A stretch of DNA of 64,000 nucleotides from Eledone cirrhosa (lineage: Eukaryota): assembly GCA_964016885.1 (NCBI GenBank), contig OZ024741.1:307396001-307460000 (forward strand), given 5' to 3'. The notes beneath the pieces are model-generated. The model made no database searches. It was not told where the DNA came from and saw only the letters and a program-made list of their open reading frames with translations. The stretch's first letter is position 1. Each line of letters opens with the position of its first letter. Positions 42,476-55,384 of the stretch are shown piece after piece. Position numbers and translations under genes: made by a program.

Positions 42476-44257
42476 ATGGCCGAAGCTTCTTCACCAAAAT
42501 TCGAAGGAGGAAAGGGGAAGATGAACTTACAGCTTCCCCCTGCCACTGTCACAGTAGCAGAGGTCAAGAAGATAGGTCAGCCAGAGGAAGAATTCTCTCC
42601 ACCTGTTAACCGACAACTTGACGTTACCATGGCAACAACCCAAAGAACCAACAGCAACAACAACAACAATGCGACGGTAGAAAACAACACCAATAACAAT
42701 AACAATAACAACAACAAGACCAATAACGGTGACAACAACAACAATGATAACAACAACACCACCAACGACAACAACAACACAAACAAACAAAATTTCTCCT
42801 TCGCCGAGACGACAAGGAAAACCCTCGACTATCTGCCAGTAGATATAACAAAAGCGAAGGAGCTACTGGCGGATGCGAAAAAATATATAGTGTACGGGGA
42901 AAATGGTTCATTCACAATCCATTCCCCCCCGGAACTAAAAAGCCAGAGACTCCTAAACACGGTCATGTTTAGGACAATCTCGAACAAAAGTAAAAAACCA
43001 GCTCAACCATCACAGAGCGAGATAGAGCTGGTTTTAAAAGACGTCATGAAGGACATCACCTTCATTCAGAAGGATAGACTCTACGGGAGTCTATCCATTC
43101 TCATGAAGGACAGGGACACAGCAGTGAAACTGTCCATCAAACCAATCACATCCACCGCATACACCTTCTACCCTACGTACATGGGTAGAAGAACACAAAA
43201 AATAAAAATCCACACCATCCTGCCGATTATGGACATATGGTGGGTTTTGACAGGTTTTCTGGACCTGGAGGATGACATGCTGGTGTCCATGGGAAAGGCA
43301 TCGGGTGACGCGTTCAGTGGAACGAGCCTCGAACTTGTAGTTCAAATGAGGCCCGAAAGGATCGCCCAGATCCCTGAACGCGTCATACTGGATGATCTAA
43401 CCTTCATCAACATTACCGTTGAGGGTAGACGGCCCTCGTGTTACCTCTGCGGAACCAGAGGTCACCTGAGGGCTGTCTGTCCCCAACTTAATAAGAAAAC
43501 CCCAATCCTGCCTACACCACCAACAACTGCACAACCAACACAATCACCACAACAACCACTACAAAAACAACCACCACAGCTCAAACCAAAACAAAACAAT
43601 GTCCAACCCATCCCCTCCACTCAAAAAACAAAAACAATTTCCAAAACACCCGTACCGCAAACACAACCCGAAAATATACCCCTCCCCTCCAACGCGGAAG
43701 ATGACCCTAGTTCGTCGTCAGACGAGGAGGAGCACTTCCACACAATCAAAAGAAAAAAAAGAAAACACACCTCAGACACACAAATGAAAAAAACCCCTCC
43801 CCAAAACATAACACTGACACCAACACAAAAGAGCTCACAACAGCAAACAAAAAACACCACACAAAAACAAAAACATGCATACACATACATAAATACAAGA
43901 AACAAAAAACTGTTAAACATTGTGTACAACAACAATCTAATAAAAACACAAGGGCCTAACTTCACCCAGGCAGGGGATTTCCCCCACCTCAAAATGATTA
44001 AGGCCCCACAGGACACCTATAAAACTTTAAAAAACAATTTTAAAGAGGACGTGGGTCCCCCCTGCGTCGGGCCCATTAACCGAGTCCTCCTAAAAAACTA
44101 TCCCACCCCCTCCCCAAACACCCTCACAACTCCAAGCTCCCCAACCACACAACACACTGATGCCCCCACACTTCCACAAACCACCACCCCACCCAACAAC
44201 CCATCCCCCACCCTAATGGAAATTGTGCAGCCCGATACCCGGGACACAGAGAGGTAA
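42476..44257 (+). CDS. ORF1 gag-like nucleic-acid-binding protein of the Tx1-like element
   Basis: 593-aa ORF with a CCHC knuckle (CYLCGTRGHLRAVC), an Asn-rich N-terminus and a Pro/Thr/Gln-rich C-terminus, directly upstream of ORF2. Confidence 0.88.
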   Translation: MAEASSPKFEGGKGKMNLQLPPATVTVAEVKKIGQPEEEFSPPVNRQLDVTMATTQRTNSNNNNNATVENNTNNNNNNNNKTNNGDNNNNDNNNTTNDNNNTNKQNFSFAETTRKTLDYLPVDITKAKELLADAKKYIVYGENGSFTIHSPPELKSQRLLNTVMFRTISNKSKKPAQPSQSEIELVLKDVMKDITFIQKDRLYGSLSILMKDRDTAVKLSIKPITSTAYTFYPTYMGRRTQKIKIHTILPIMDIWWVLTGFLDLEDDMLVSMGKASGDAFSGTSLELVVQMRPERIAQIPERVILDDLTFINITVEGRRPSCYLCGTRGHLRAVCPQLNKKTPILPTPPTTAQPTQSPQQPLQKQPPQLKPKQNNVQPIPSTQKTKTISKTPVPQTQPENIPLPSNAEDDPSSSSDEEEHFHTIKRKKRKHTSDTQMKKTPPQNITLTPTQKSSQQQTKNTTQKQKHAYTYINTRNKKLLNIVYNNNLIKTQGPNFTQAGDFPHLKMIKAPQDTYKTLKNNFKEDVGPPCVGPINRVLLKNYPTPSPNTLTTPSSPTTQHTDAPTLPQTTTPPNNPSPTLMEIVQPDTRDTER

Positions 44258-44281
44258 GTGCCTTTTCTCTTCACCACCAAC

Positions 44282-47200
44282 ATGGCTATGCTAAGAGTAG
44301 GCTGTTTAAATGCGCGTGGCCTGGGCTCAACTTGGAAGCAAGCAATGCTTCTAAATGACCTCAGGTCACAACGTATAGATGTGATGGTTATTTGCGAGGC
44401 CCGGATCAGCAACGTGCGACAGCTGGCCCCCACCTTTGATGACTTCGAGATGCACGCATCTCTCTGTCAGCCTGGAGGTGGGGGTGGAGTTGTCGTTCTG
44501 CTGCAAAAACATCTGGGTCTCGCAACACAGATGGTACATTTGGACCCGGAGGGTCGACTAGTGGTTCTGGACCTTGGCAGTGGTAAAGGCGGAGCGTTTA
44601 GGTTGGTAGCCGCCTACGGCCCTTTCGGGTCAATGCGGCCGGACTTCTTCCATCGTCTGGAGACTTTTCTAGGGACGTCCCGCTCCTTGCTATTAGTGGG
44701 GGACTGGAATGGTATCCTAGATGCACGCTGGGACTACGTAGGGGCCTGCCCCGATAGAGAGGGGTGTAATAGCCTCAAAGGGTTAATCGGTCGATTTGAC
44801 CTGGCCGATAGATATCGACTAGATTTTCCGACTGCGCCAACCTGGACTTGGGCAAATCGTAGCGGATCATCTAGGTCGTACCTAGATAGGTTCTTAGTTA
44901 GAATTAAGGATAAGGACTTTTTAAGTTGTCCAAAAATGCGCATTGTTGGCTATTCAGACCACAAATTAGTGACCTGCATGGTCAACCTTGACAGAACTCA
45001 TAGACAGGGCCCCGGTTACTGGAAGCTCAACTTGTCCTTGCCGGCAAGTAGAGCCTACAGGAATCGGATTAGTACGTTAGTTAAGGAACGGTTGACTGGA
45101 GCGATCGTCAACAGCAGGTGGTGGGTATCTCTAAAGAGAGAGATTAGAGTAGTCTCGATAGAATTTAGTAAGGTTCTAGCTGCGGATAGGAATAGGAAGG
45201 AAAGGGAGCTAATAGATAGAGTAGAAGAGGCAATTAGAAGCGGCGACGTGGCCAGAGTGCTAGCGTCGAGAACGGCTTTGAGCCAGTTTTTCGACGCGAA
45301 GCACGAAGGCTGCGTTGTCCGAAGTAAAATACGTGCTCTAGGGAACGAGGGGACCAAAGCTGTTAGCTGGGCCCGCGTGACAGAGGCCAACAGTGGAACT
45401 AAATCCACCATCCGGTCTTTGCGAGACCTGGATGGACGGGCGATTCTTGAGCCTAAGCAGATGTGTGAGGCCTTTCAAAGGCACTTTGCCCGACTGTTCG
45501 GGAGGGGCGGGGAGCCGGTTGGGAACGTGGACTTCGGTCCATACCTCGACGGCCTGCCGCGCCTCTCGGACAGGGAGGCGAAGTCCTGCGAGGAGCCGAT
45601 TTCGGCCGCTGAGATAGAGGACGTGCTGAGCCAATGCGGCAAACGCAAATCCCCGGGTCTCGATGGTCTTCCTTACGAATTATATCTAGCTATGCCGGAC
45701 TTGTTCCCCGATCTCCTCGAGGCGGTCTACTGCAACTGGCAACAGAACGGGAGAATTCCCTGTACTGTGACCAAGGGCGTAGTCACGCTAGTGAGGAAGG
45801 ACGAGAACAAGGGGGACGAAATAAGTAACTTCAGGCCCATAACACTGCTAAATACAGAGTTACAGATTTTGGCCAAGGTGCTAGCAAAGAGGTTGGCGCT
45901 TGTCGTGGGCAACCTGGTGGGAGATGCGCAGACATGCGCTATCCCGTCCAGGTCCATCCATGACAACCTCCACCTCATGCGATACATCATAGAGAGGGTT
46001 GGGAACGAACCCGGCTTTGGTGGGGCTCTGATCAACTTGGATCAATCTAAGGCGTTCGATAGGGTCGACCATGGTTACCTGGATGCGGTGCTAGCGGCGG
46101 CAGGCTTCGGACCCGTTTTCAGGGGCTGGATCACTGCTATGCACAGCAGCCGCATCTGCTCTAGGGTCAAGGTGAACGGCTACCTCTCGGAGCCGTTCAA
46201 AATCGCGCGGTCCATCCGACAAGGGTGCCCTCTCTCCTCCCTTCTGTATGTATTGACTCTCGAGCCACTACTGCGGAAGTTGGAGTTGTTGCAGGGCATC
46301 CCTTTGGAACCGGGATTGCGGAAAGCGGTGTCGGCCTACGCCGATGACGTGACAGTAATGGTGTCGACGGCCTCCGAAATCGAGGCGGTCGGCACCTTAC
46401 TGGAGGAGTACGAAAAGTTCACAGGGGCTAAGCTGAACCGGGACAAGTCGATCGGTTTGCAACTCGGCACGTGGAGGGGCAGACCGATGCCCTCCGATAG
46501 CGTCGTCGGACGCTGGACGGAGGGCCCGGTGAAGTTGCTCGGGGTCTGGTTCGGACCGGACCTCCAGGTGGAGAAAAACTGGGCGGAGGTTACGAACAGA
46601 GTGTTTGCACTGACCCAGAAGTGGGCCAGTTGCAAACTATCCCTGAAAGGTCGGGCGGAGGTGGCGAACACCTACATAGCGTCCGTCATCTACTACCGCC
46701 TGACCGTAGTGCCCTGCCCAAGGGAAACCCTCACCAAGATGGAGCGCGCGCTCTTCCAATTCCTTTGGAAGAGGCGGGCTCCTATGGTGAGGAGATCCAT
46801 CTGCTGTCAACACCCTTCGAAAGGAGGGCTGGGGATGCCGTGGCTAATGATGCGTAAACACGCATTAAGGCTACGGCACCTCTACGTATTCCTCACCGGA
46901 CAACCGGTGTGGGCCTCGTTTGTGAGACGAACCTTTCCCAGACTCGTCTCACTCACCGAGCTGCAATCCTGGGTCAAGCAAAGACCGAGAAAACTGGGCG
47001 CCTGGCACACTGAGTGTGCCCAGGCGCTCACCGCCCTCTGGCAGGCGGATCCGGTTATCAGTGGAGACTCCACCGCAACATTCTATAGAGGGCTGGTACG
47101 CAGCAGGTGCGACGACGCCCTCGGAGAAGCCCTAGACATGGAGGAGGACGAACTGGCCAGCCTTTTCGGTAGGACATTCAGCCCGGGACCTATGGACAAC

Positions 47201-47719
47201 TTCCAGAAGTCCCTGGCCTGGCAGTGCTACCGAGGGGCTTTACCCGTTCGAGAAAGGCTCTACAGACACGGGCGCCCGGGTAGGGACCCCGCCAAAAAGA
47301 TCTGTCCCAGATGCGTGTGCGACGAGGAAACCGTTGCACACGCATTAGTACACTGCTCGGGCGTAGCCGATCTGTGGGGCTATGTCGAACAACTGCTGTC
47401 AAGGGTGGGACCGATCCGGTTGACCACCGAGTCTATTGTAATGATCAAGCCGCCTCCCCCCTTCAAAGATGAAGCAGAGGCGGTGTTTCTGTGCGTAATA
47501 GCCATGGCGAAAGAGGTTGTATGGTGGACGCGTCTGAAAGGACTGAGGTCGGGCACCTTTCTCTCTGGCCAACAACTGGTCCGTTTCTTCCGATATCATT
47601 TCGGAAGAAGGATCAGGATGGAGAGAGAGGTGCTGCACCCCAGCCGTTTCTATGAAAGATGGGTGAAAGTGGCGAGAATGGCCCGTGTGAATGGGCCTTC
47701 ACTCTACATCAGACTATAG
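44282..47719 (+). CDS. ORF2: APE endonuclease + reverse transcriptase + C-terminal Zn finger
   Basis: APE motifs LNARGL, GDWN, YLDR, SDH. RT motifs PGLDG, FRPITLLN, DQSKAFDRVDH, IRQGCPLS, YADD. C-terminal CPRC..ETVAHALVHC. First ATG at 44282; the ORF track starts at the GTG at 44258. Confidence 0.95.
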   Translation: MAMLRVGCLNARGLGSTWKQAMLLNDLRSQRIDVMVICEARISNVRQLAPTFDDFEMHASLCQPGGGGGVVVLLQKHLGLATQMVHLDPEGRLVVLDLGSGKGGAFRLVAAYGPFGSMRPDFFHRLETFLGTSRSLLLVGDWNGILDARWDYVGACPDREGCNSLKGLIGRFDLADRYRLDFPTAPTWTWANRSGSSRSYLDRFLVRIKDKDFLSCPKMRIVGYSDHKLVTCMVNLDRTHRQGPGYWKLNLSLPASRAYRNRISTLVKERLTGAIVNSRWWVSLKREIRVVSIEFSKVLAADRNRKERELIDRVEEAIRSGDVARVLASRTALSQFFDAKHEGCVVRSKIRALGNEGTKAVSWARVTEANSGTKSTIRSLRDLDGRAILEPKQMCEAFQRHFARLFGRGGEPVGNVDFGPYLDGLPRLSDREAKSCEEPISAAEIEDVLSQCGKRKSPGLDGLPYELYLAMPDLFPDLLEAVYCNWQQNGRIPCTVTKGVVTLVRKDENKGDEISNFRPITLLNTELQILAKVLAKRLALVVGNLVGDAQTCAIPSRSIHDNLHLMRYIIERVGNEPGFGGALINLDQSKAFDRVDHGYLDAVLAAAGFGPVFRGWITAMHSSRICSRVKVNGYLSEPFKIARSIRQGCPLSSLLYVLTLEPLLRKLELLQGIPLEPGLRKAVSAYADDVTVMVSTASEIEAVGTLLEEYEKFTGAKLNRDKSIGLQLGTWRGRPMPSDSVVGRWTEGPVKLLGVWFGPDLQVEKNWAEVTNRVFALTQKWASCKLSLKGRAEVANTYIASVIYYRLTVVPCPRETLTKMERALFQFLWKRRAPMVRRSICCQHPSKGGLGMPWLMMRKHALRLRHLYVFLTGQPVWASFVRRTFPRLVSLTELQSWVKQRPRKLGAWHTECAQALTALWQADPVISGDSTATFYRGLVRSRCDDALGEALDMEEDELASLFGRTFSPGPMDNFQKSLAWQCYRGALPVRERLYRHGRPGRDPAKKICPRCVCDEETVAHALVHCSGVADLWGYVEQLLSRVGPIRLTTESIVMIKPPPPFKDEAEAVFLCVIAMAKEVVWWTRLKGLRSGTFLSGQQLVRFFRYHFGRRIRMEREVLHPSRFYERWVKVARMARVNGPSLYIRL

Positions 47720-47983
47720 GTGAGGAAGATGAAAGACCAAGGGAGCACCCCTTCTCTGTGCTCCTGAGGAGAAGGGTTGCACACTTTTTTCGGGGGTGTG
47801 TGCGACCCCCCAAGGCGCCTCCTCTCTATTGAGGATTTTGTTAAAAATTTTATTTTTTGTTATATCTTATTTTATTTTTATATTTTGTTATTGCCTCCTC
47901 CTTATTGAGGACGCCTTTTTGTGTAAACTCCCCCCTTTGTACTTGTCCCACTTTTGATGCCCTAGTGGCAAATAAAAGAAATA

Positions 47984-48038
<55 letters not shown>

Positions 48039-48039
48039 A

Positions 48040-50706
48040 TAAGAGGCACTTAGGAGTGGCAACGTAGCCAGCGTGCTAGCGACGAGAACGGCCTTGGACC
48101 AGTTCTTCGACGCAAAGCACGAAGGCTGCGTTGTCAGAAGCAAAATACGTGCTCTGGGAAACGAGGGAGCCAAAGCTGTTAGCTGGGCCCGCGTGACGGA
48201 GGCGAAAAGTGGCAACAAGTCCACGATTCGGTCTTTGAAGGACCAAGACGGACGCGTGATACATTAGCCGAAGCAAATGTGCGCGGCCTTTCAGCGGCAC
48301 TTTGCTCAACTGTTCGGGCAGGGCGGCGCGCCGAGAGGGGCTATGGGTTCGGTTCATACCTCGACGGCCTACCGCGACTCTCGGACAGCGAGGCGAAGTT
48401 CTGCGAAAGGCCGATTTCGGCCGCTGAGATAGGAAACGCGCTGAGCCAATGCGGCAAACGCAAATCTCCAGGTCTCGACGGTCTACCCTACGAATTTTAA
48501 GTAGCAATGCCGGACTTGTTCTCCGGTCTCCTGGAAGCGATCTACTGCAACTGGCAGCAGAACGGGAGAATTCCCAGTTCTGTGACCAAGGGCGTAATCA
48601 CGTTAGTCAGGAAGGACGAGAACAAGGGGGATGACATAGGCAACTTCCGGCCCATAACTCTGCTCAACACAGAGTTACAGATTTTGGCCAAGGTGTTGGC
48701 AAAGAGGCTGGCGCTTGTCGTCGAAAACATGGTGGGAGAAGCGCAGACATGCGCAATCCCGACCAGGTCCATACACGACATCCTCCACCTCATGCGATAC
48801 ATCATAGAGAGGGTAGGGTGTAAACCCGGCTTCGGTGGGGCCCTGATCAACTTGGATCAGTCTAAGGCTTTCGATAGGGTTGATCATCGTTACCTGGATG
48901 CGGTGCTCGAGGCGGCAGGCTTCGGTCCCGTGTTCAGGGGCTGTATTGCTGCAATGCACAGCAGCAACATCTGCTCAAGGGTCAAGGTGAACGGCTACCT
49001 CTCGGAGCCGTTCCATATCACGCGATCCATCCGACAGGGATGCCCTCTCTCCTCCCTTCTGTACGTACTGATTCTCGAGCCACTACTGCGGAAGTTGGAG
49101 TTATTGCAGGGCATCCCTTTGGAACCGGGACTGCGAAAAGCGGCGTCGGCCTACGCCGACGACGTAACAGTAATGGTGTCGAGCACCTCGCAAATCGGGG
49201 GGATCGGCACCTTATTGGAGGAATACGAAAGATTCACAGGAGCGAAGCTGAACCGGGACAAATCCGTCGATTTGCAACTCGGAACGTGGAGAGGCAAACC
49301 GATGCCTTCCGATGACGTTGTCGGACGCTGGACGGAAGGACCGGTAAAGCTGCTCGGGCTCTGGTTTGGTTCGGACCTCCAGGTGGACAAGAACTGTAAC
49401 GAGGTGACGGCCAAGGTGGCGAACAGTTTTATAGCATCCGACATCTACTACCGCTTGACCGTCGTGCCTTGTTTAGCCAAAACGCTCACCAAAATGGAGT
49501 GCACGCTCTTCCAATTCCTTTGGAAGAAAGGGCTCCTTTGGTGAGAAGATCCATCTGATGCCAACACCCTTCAAACGGAGGGCTGAGGATGCCGTGGCTG
49601 ACGATGCGCAAACACGCGCTCAGGCTGCGGCACCTCCACGTATTCCTCACCAGACAACCGGTGTGGGCCCCGTTCGTGAGGCGAGCCTTCCCACGACTCG
49701 TCTCACTGACCGATCTGCAGTCCTGGGTCAAGAAAAGACCGAGGAAAATGGGCGACTGGCACATCGAATGTGCTCAGGCGCTCACAGTCCTCTGGCAAAC
49801 AGACCCGGCGATCAGTGGAGACTCCACTTCGACATTCTATAGAGGGTTGGTCTGCAGCAAGTGCGACGACGCGCTCGGAGAAACTCTAGGCGTAGAGGAG
49901 GACGAACTGGTCAGTCTGTTCGGTAGGACCTTCCGCCCGGGACCAATGGACAACTTCCAAAAGTCCCTGGCCTGGCAGTGCTACCGAGGAGCTCTACCAG
50001 TTCGAGACAAGCTCTACAGACACGGGCGTCCGGGTAGGGACCCTTCGAAAAAGATCTGTCCGAGATACGTGCGCGACGAGGAAACCGTCTCACACGGATT
50101 TCTACACTGCCCGGGCGTTACCGACCTGTGGGGCTATGTAGAACGACTATTGTCGCGGGTGGGACCAATCCAGTTGACCACCGAGTCCATTTTCATGATC
50201 AAACTGCCACCCTCCTTCAAAAACGAGTGAGAGGCGGTTTTCCTATGTGTTATGGCTATGGTGAAAGAGGTTATATGGTGGACGAGGTTAAAAGGGCAGA
50301 GGTCAGACACCTTTCTCTCCGGCAAGCAACTGATTCGTTTTTTCAAATAGCATTTTGGAAGAAGAATCAGGATGGAGAGAGAGGTGCTGTACCCCAGCAA
50401 ATTTTATAAAAGGTGGGTGAATGTGGCAAAGATGGCCCGAGTGGTTGGGCCTTCTCTCTATATAAGCCTGTAGGTTGAGGAAAAAAAGGAAGAGAGGATG
50501 GGAGTACTCACCCTTGGTGCTCCTGGAGATGAGGGTTGTACATTTTTTTGGGGGGTGTACAACCCCTGTGTAACACCTCCCCCCTATTGGGGATTTCAAT
50601 TGTTATTTGTTATTGTATTAATAGTTTTATTTTCATATACCTGTATGTAACCTCCCGCATTTGTATTTGTCCCCTTCTTTCGTGCCCTTGTGGCTAATAA
50701 AGAAAT
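48040..50706 (+). pseudogene. 5'-truncated, decayed second Tx1-like copy (ORF2 RT/ZnF region and 3' UTR)
   Basis: Colinear with 45224-47982. Contains stops, frameshifts and an internal deletion. ORF fragments 48507-49544 and 49589-50230 match ORF2. Flanked by (TATC)n on both sides. Confidence 0.92.
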
Positions 50707-50763
<57 letters not shown>

Positions 50764-50949
50764 CATCTATCTATCTATCTATCTACCTACCCCCTACTTA
50801 CCTACCTACCTACCTACCTACCTACCTATCTATCTATCTATCTACCTACCCCCTACTTACCTACCTACCTACCTACCTACCTATCTATCTATCTATCTAT
50901 CTACCTACCCCCTACTTACCTACCTACCTATCTATCTATCTATATATCT

Positions 50950-51202
50950 ATATCAGCCTGTAGGTTGAGGAAAAGGAGGAGGAGAGGAAAGGAGTACAAG
51001 CTCTTCGTACTCCTGGAGATGAGGGTTGCACATTTTTTTCGGGGGTCTGTGTTACCCATATAAACTGTCTCCCTCTATTGGGGAAAATCGACTAACTTTT
51101 AAATTCCATCTGTGATAACATTTTACACGTTTTTATTGTATGTAAACTTCCCCCTTTGTATTTGTCCCCTTCTTTTGTGCCCCTGTGGCTAATAAAGAAA
51201 TA
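50950..51202 (+). mobile_element. Third Tx1-like copy, 3' UTR only
   Basis: Begins AGCCTGTAGGTTGAGG (ORF2 stop region) and ends GCCCCTGTGGCTAATAAAGAAATATATC, matching copies 1 and 2. Confidence 0.85.
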
Positions 51203-51760
51203 TATCTATATATCTACATTCATAATTAATAAAGAGAGATATTTATCTACATTCATAGAAATATAGATAGCAAGCTAGCTAGATAGATAGGGGCAGACAA
51301 GGAGATGGATAAATAGATATATATATATAGATGATATATAGGTAAGTGGGTAGACAGATAGATAGATATTTGCATTTTAATCTGCCTGTAACAGCCCCCC
51401 TCCCATCTACTTGTGTCTGAATTGTTTCTGTTGTCGCTCTTAACACCTACACCTTTCACTGTACACCATACGTCCCACTCTGTCTTTTAATGTAACTTCT
51501 ATTTATATAGCAGGCTTCAGTGATTACCATTGTCTTGTTAGGAACTCGTCTTTTGATAAATTTCACTGGTTTTGTTGTCACTTCAAAATAACATTCAATA
51601 TGGCGCCCATAATTGAAAAAAAAAAAAAACTTTACAATTTATGTCCTCTAGTTCCACAGACGAATGCCTGATGTTTGAGCGAATACGTGTGTATACGTAT
51701 GAATATTTGTAAATATACTACACACACACACACACTAACGCACTTACGCACTTACACACT

Positions 51761-51834
<74 letters not shown>

Positions 51835-51929
51835 AATACACAAATATATATATATATAAATATACATAAATGTGTTTCTCTTTGTATGTATACATATATA
51901 CACCCACACAGTCACACACACACCAAAAC

Positions 51930-51966
<37 letters not shown>

Positions 51967-52578
51967 GTGTATGTATGTATATATATATATATAAATACAT
52001 AATATATATATTCTCTTCTATTTATACTTTTGAATAGGTATTATTGTGTAACATGTCATAATTACAATATAAACTAGCTATTGCAATATAAACAATATTT
52101 AATATAAATGACACATCATAAATAGAGAAATGCTTTTTTTTAATATTAAATTCTATTTCTTTTCATTTATTCATTTCAAAATAATAAATGCCATTTATTT
52201 ATTCAGTTCCTTATTTTAATTTCCGTTTTATTAATTCTTCTGGTTCGCTACTTCACTTCATTATTTTGCTTTGTAAAATTTTTGAAAAATTTTTAGAAAA
52301 GATTTTTGAACTTTCCAATTTCAAACTTTGTGACTGAAAAGAGAACTTTATAACACGATATTATTGGTATTGATTTTTTTTTTAATAATGTACAACTGAT
52401 ACAGACATTAATTGTACACACACACACACACACATATATACATACATATTTATATTTGTGTGTGTATATACATATATATATATTTATAAGTATATATATA
52501 TACATATATAAATATGAATATATGTTATATATATATATAATATATGTATATATACATATATAATATATGTATATATAC

Positions 52579-52651
<73 letters not shown>

Positions 52652-52836
52652 CATGTATTCATATTTATATATGTATATATACTTATACATATATATATGT
52701 ATGTATACAAACACACACACGGTTGCAACGTTTTTCGAAATATTTACTTCTGCGTTCACATTGATTTTTTTTTTATTTTCAGAAGATCCTGTTATTGGTG
52801 ATAGCAGCGATTCTTTGCTTAAACTTTAATCTGTTA

Positions 52837-52918
<82 letters not shown>

Positions 52919-53279
52919 GAGTATATTTGTTTTGCTTTTCTGTTTGGACATATTCAAAACAACGAACAGCGGAGGACACGTTTCGCACCTTTCCGACAGA
53001 TACCCCCCCCCCCCCCCCCCGGAAAAAACCCCAGTTGATGGATGTGAATCCGAAATATATAGGGACAATTAAATCTCTCCCAGGGTAACTCTTTCTCGTG
53101 TTGTTATTTTTATTTTTATCCTTTACGCTCATTCCTTCATTCCTCTACACGTTACAGTCTTATACACGCCACGCATCTCAACGTACACCCACTTACATCT
53201 CTCTCTCCACCACCGGATCTTGTTACCCGGAGATTTACCCATCTGCATTGCCGAGGTTTCCAAACGACATAAAGAAATT

Positions 53280-53345
<66 letters not shown>

Positions 53346-53481
53346 AAAGAGTGTGGTAAGATACCAGGTGGACCATAACGCACCAGAGTACTGGTTGGCT
53401 TAGTTCGGATCTGGCTGTCGAAACGGCTGGAGCTCAGCCGTCGGGTTGGTGACTCTTTTCATATACATATATATATATATA

Positions 53482-53513
<32 letters not shown>

Positions 53514-53552
53514 GACACACACACACACACGCACACATACACACACACACAT

Positions 53553-53584
<32 letters not shown>

Positions 53585-53910
53585 GTATTTATATATATAT
53601 ATATATTTATATATATGTATGTATGCATGTTTGTGTGTGTGTCTAACAACGAAACCACTAAGGGAAAGTTTAGTAGTTAATTAATGGATTGTTTTACGGA
53701 CGTTTCGGAGGGCATATATATATATATATGTGCAGTATATTTGTTTTGCTTTTCTTTTTGGACTATTTATCTGGTAGACCTTTATCTTATTTGTTTCGTT
53801 ATTCAAAATATATATGACACTTTGAATATTCAATATTTAATAAATAGCACTTTTCCAGGTAAAGAGTATTCCATTTGCTTCGATGGGATATTCACATTAA
53901 CACTATATAT

Positions 53911-53996
<86 letters not shown>

Positions 53997-54063
53997 AAGG
54001 TTTAGCAAATAATGAAAAAGTTTCAAAATAAATTTTAAAAAATTGACTTTACCTACTATAGTT

Positions 54064-54146
54064 ACCTTTACTGATCGGTTTCGAATCCCAAAAATAAACG
54101 GAGGCCATACGGCCTTCGTTGCAAAGAAAGATTCTCGTCAGAAGGT
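54064..54146 (-). ncRNA. Type I hammerhead with a long stem II extension
   Basis: ACCTT-CTGACGA-GAATC..aacgaaggcc gtat ggcctccgtt..GATTC-GAAAC-CGATCA-GTA-AAGGT. Confidence 0.8.
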
Positions 54147-54437
54147 TCTTTTCATTCGAAGAATATAAAATTCTTGAATTTAAATTACGAACTAGCGCTA
54201 TCCTAAACTGTTCCCGAGATGAGAGTGAATGAAGTGGAATCAATTTTTTCAAGGGCCGAAGTAAAGATAGAGGCAGAGGGAGGTAGGTCAACCGGCCGCA
54301 ACTATCACTAGCAGCAGTCGGAACGACCAAATTTGCTTCTCAACAATAGAGGAGAATAGTAATAATAGGATATGTGTTCCTTCACGCACAAGGCGCTAAG
54401 GGACGCATGTATTGTCCAACCAAATGCCAATGTGGTT

Positions 54438-54509
<72 letters not shown>

Positions 54510-54602
54510 TTTCTGAATTTGTTTAGCAAGATTCTTTATCTGAAATCGTGTGTTGAAAACGATATTGGCAACATGACCCTCCCAAAGTATAACAATATAT
54601 AT

Positions 54603-55004
54603 ACATTTAAGTAAGTGCCGTACTAAGAGTGAGAAATGAAATTTCGTTTTCATTTTATTTCAACTTATCGTTTTCGGTATGCCTGACCGACTTAGCTCAC
54701 TCGATATGCAAATTAGGCTGCTCAGCCGTTAATTTTCATAAGGAAAGTATATACTTTCGAACGTTCAACTATCTGGCAGATGGGTATACGGTGCTGATGA
54801 TAGCTAACAAGCTTGAAACTAGTACATCGTTCCTGTGTCAGTGTTGAACAAAAAGGTGACGTGGTTGCCTTAACACCGTACGGCATAAAAATTCAGGCTG
54901 TTCAGTTTGTTTACAAACGAACAAAGCAGCGTTATAATAAGCGTCCGCTAAACTGATACGTGCATATATGTATGTGTACCTGTATGTATATGTATGTATA
55001 TCTG

Positions 55005-55095
<91 letters not shown>

Positions 55096-55230
55096 GTGTG
55101 TATATGTGTATATGTGCATGCTACTGTACGTCTGTATACATATATCTATGCACGTATACACACATACTTACATTTAAGCAAGTGCCGTACTAAGAGTGAG
55201 AAATGAAATTTCGTTTTCATTTTATTTCAA

Positions 55231-55235
<5 letters not shown>
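54603..55235 (+). mobile_element. Family E monomer with ~65-bp terminal redundancy and intact hammerhead (54788-54830)
   Basis: 54603-54668 is repeated at 55170-55235, followed by (TA)n. Near-identical to 684-1500. Confidence 0.85.
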
Positions 55236-55277
<42 letters not shown>

Positions 55278-55384
55278 ATAATAATAAATTTGAAGACTAA
55301 AATCCAAAGAGGGCTCGATAAGGATAAATATATATCAAATATATAAGAACCGTAGAGCAAATATTTATTAAAATAACAGATTAA

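Larger units (their letters stand above)
42267..47982 (+). mobile_element. Full-length Tx1/L1-clade non-LTR retrotransposon inserted in a (TATC)n microsatellite
   Basis: Starts abruptly (GGGATGG) after (TATC)n. Has two long intact ORFs and a 3' UTR with AATAAA at 47971 running straight into (TATC)n. Confidence 0.93.

Noticed and set aside
44734-50599. Antisense and alternate-frame ORFs over Tx1 ORF2
   Set aside because: Shadow ORFs of a GC-rich coding sequence.
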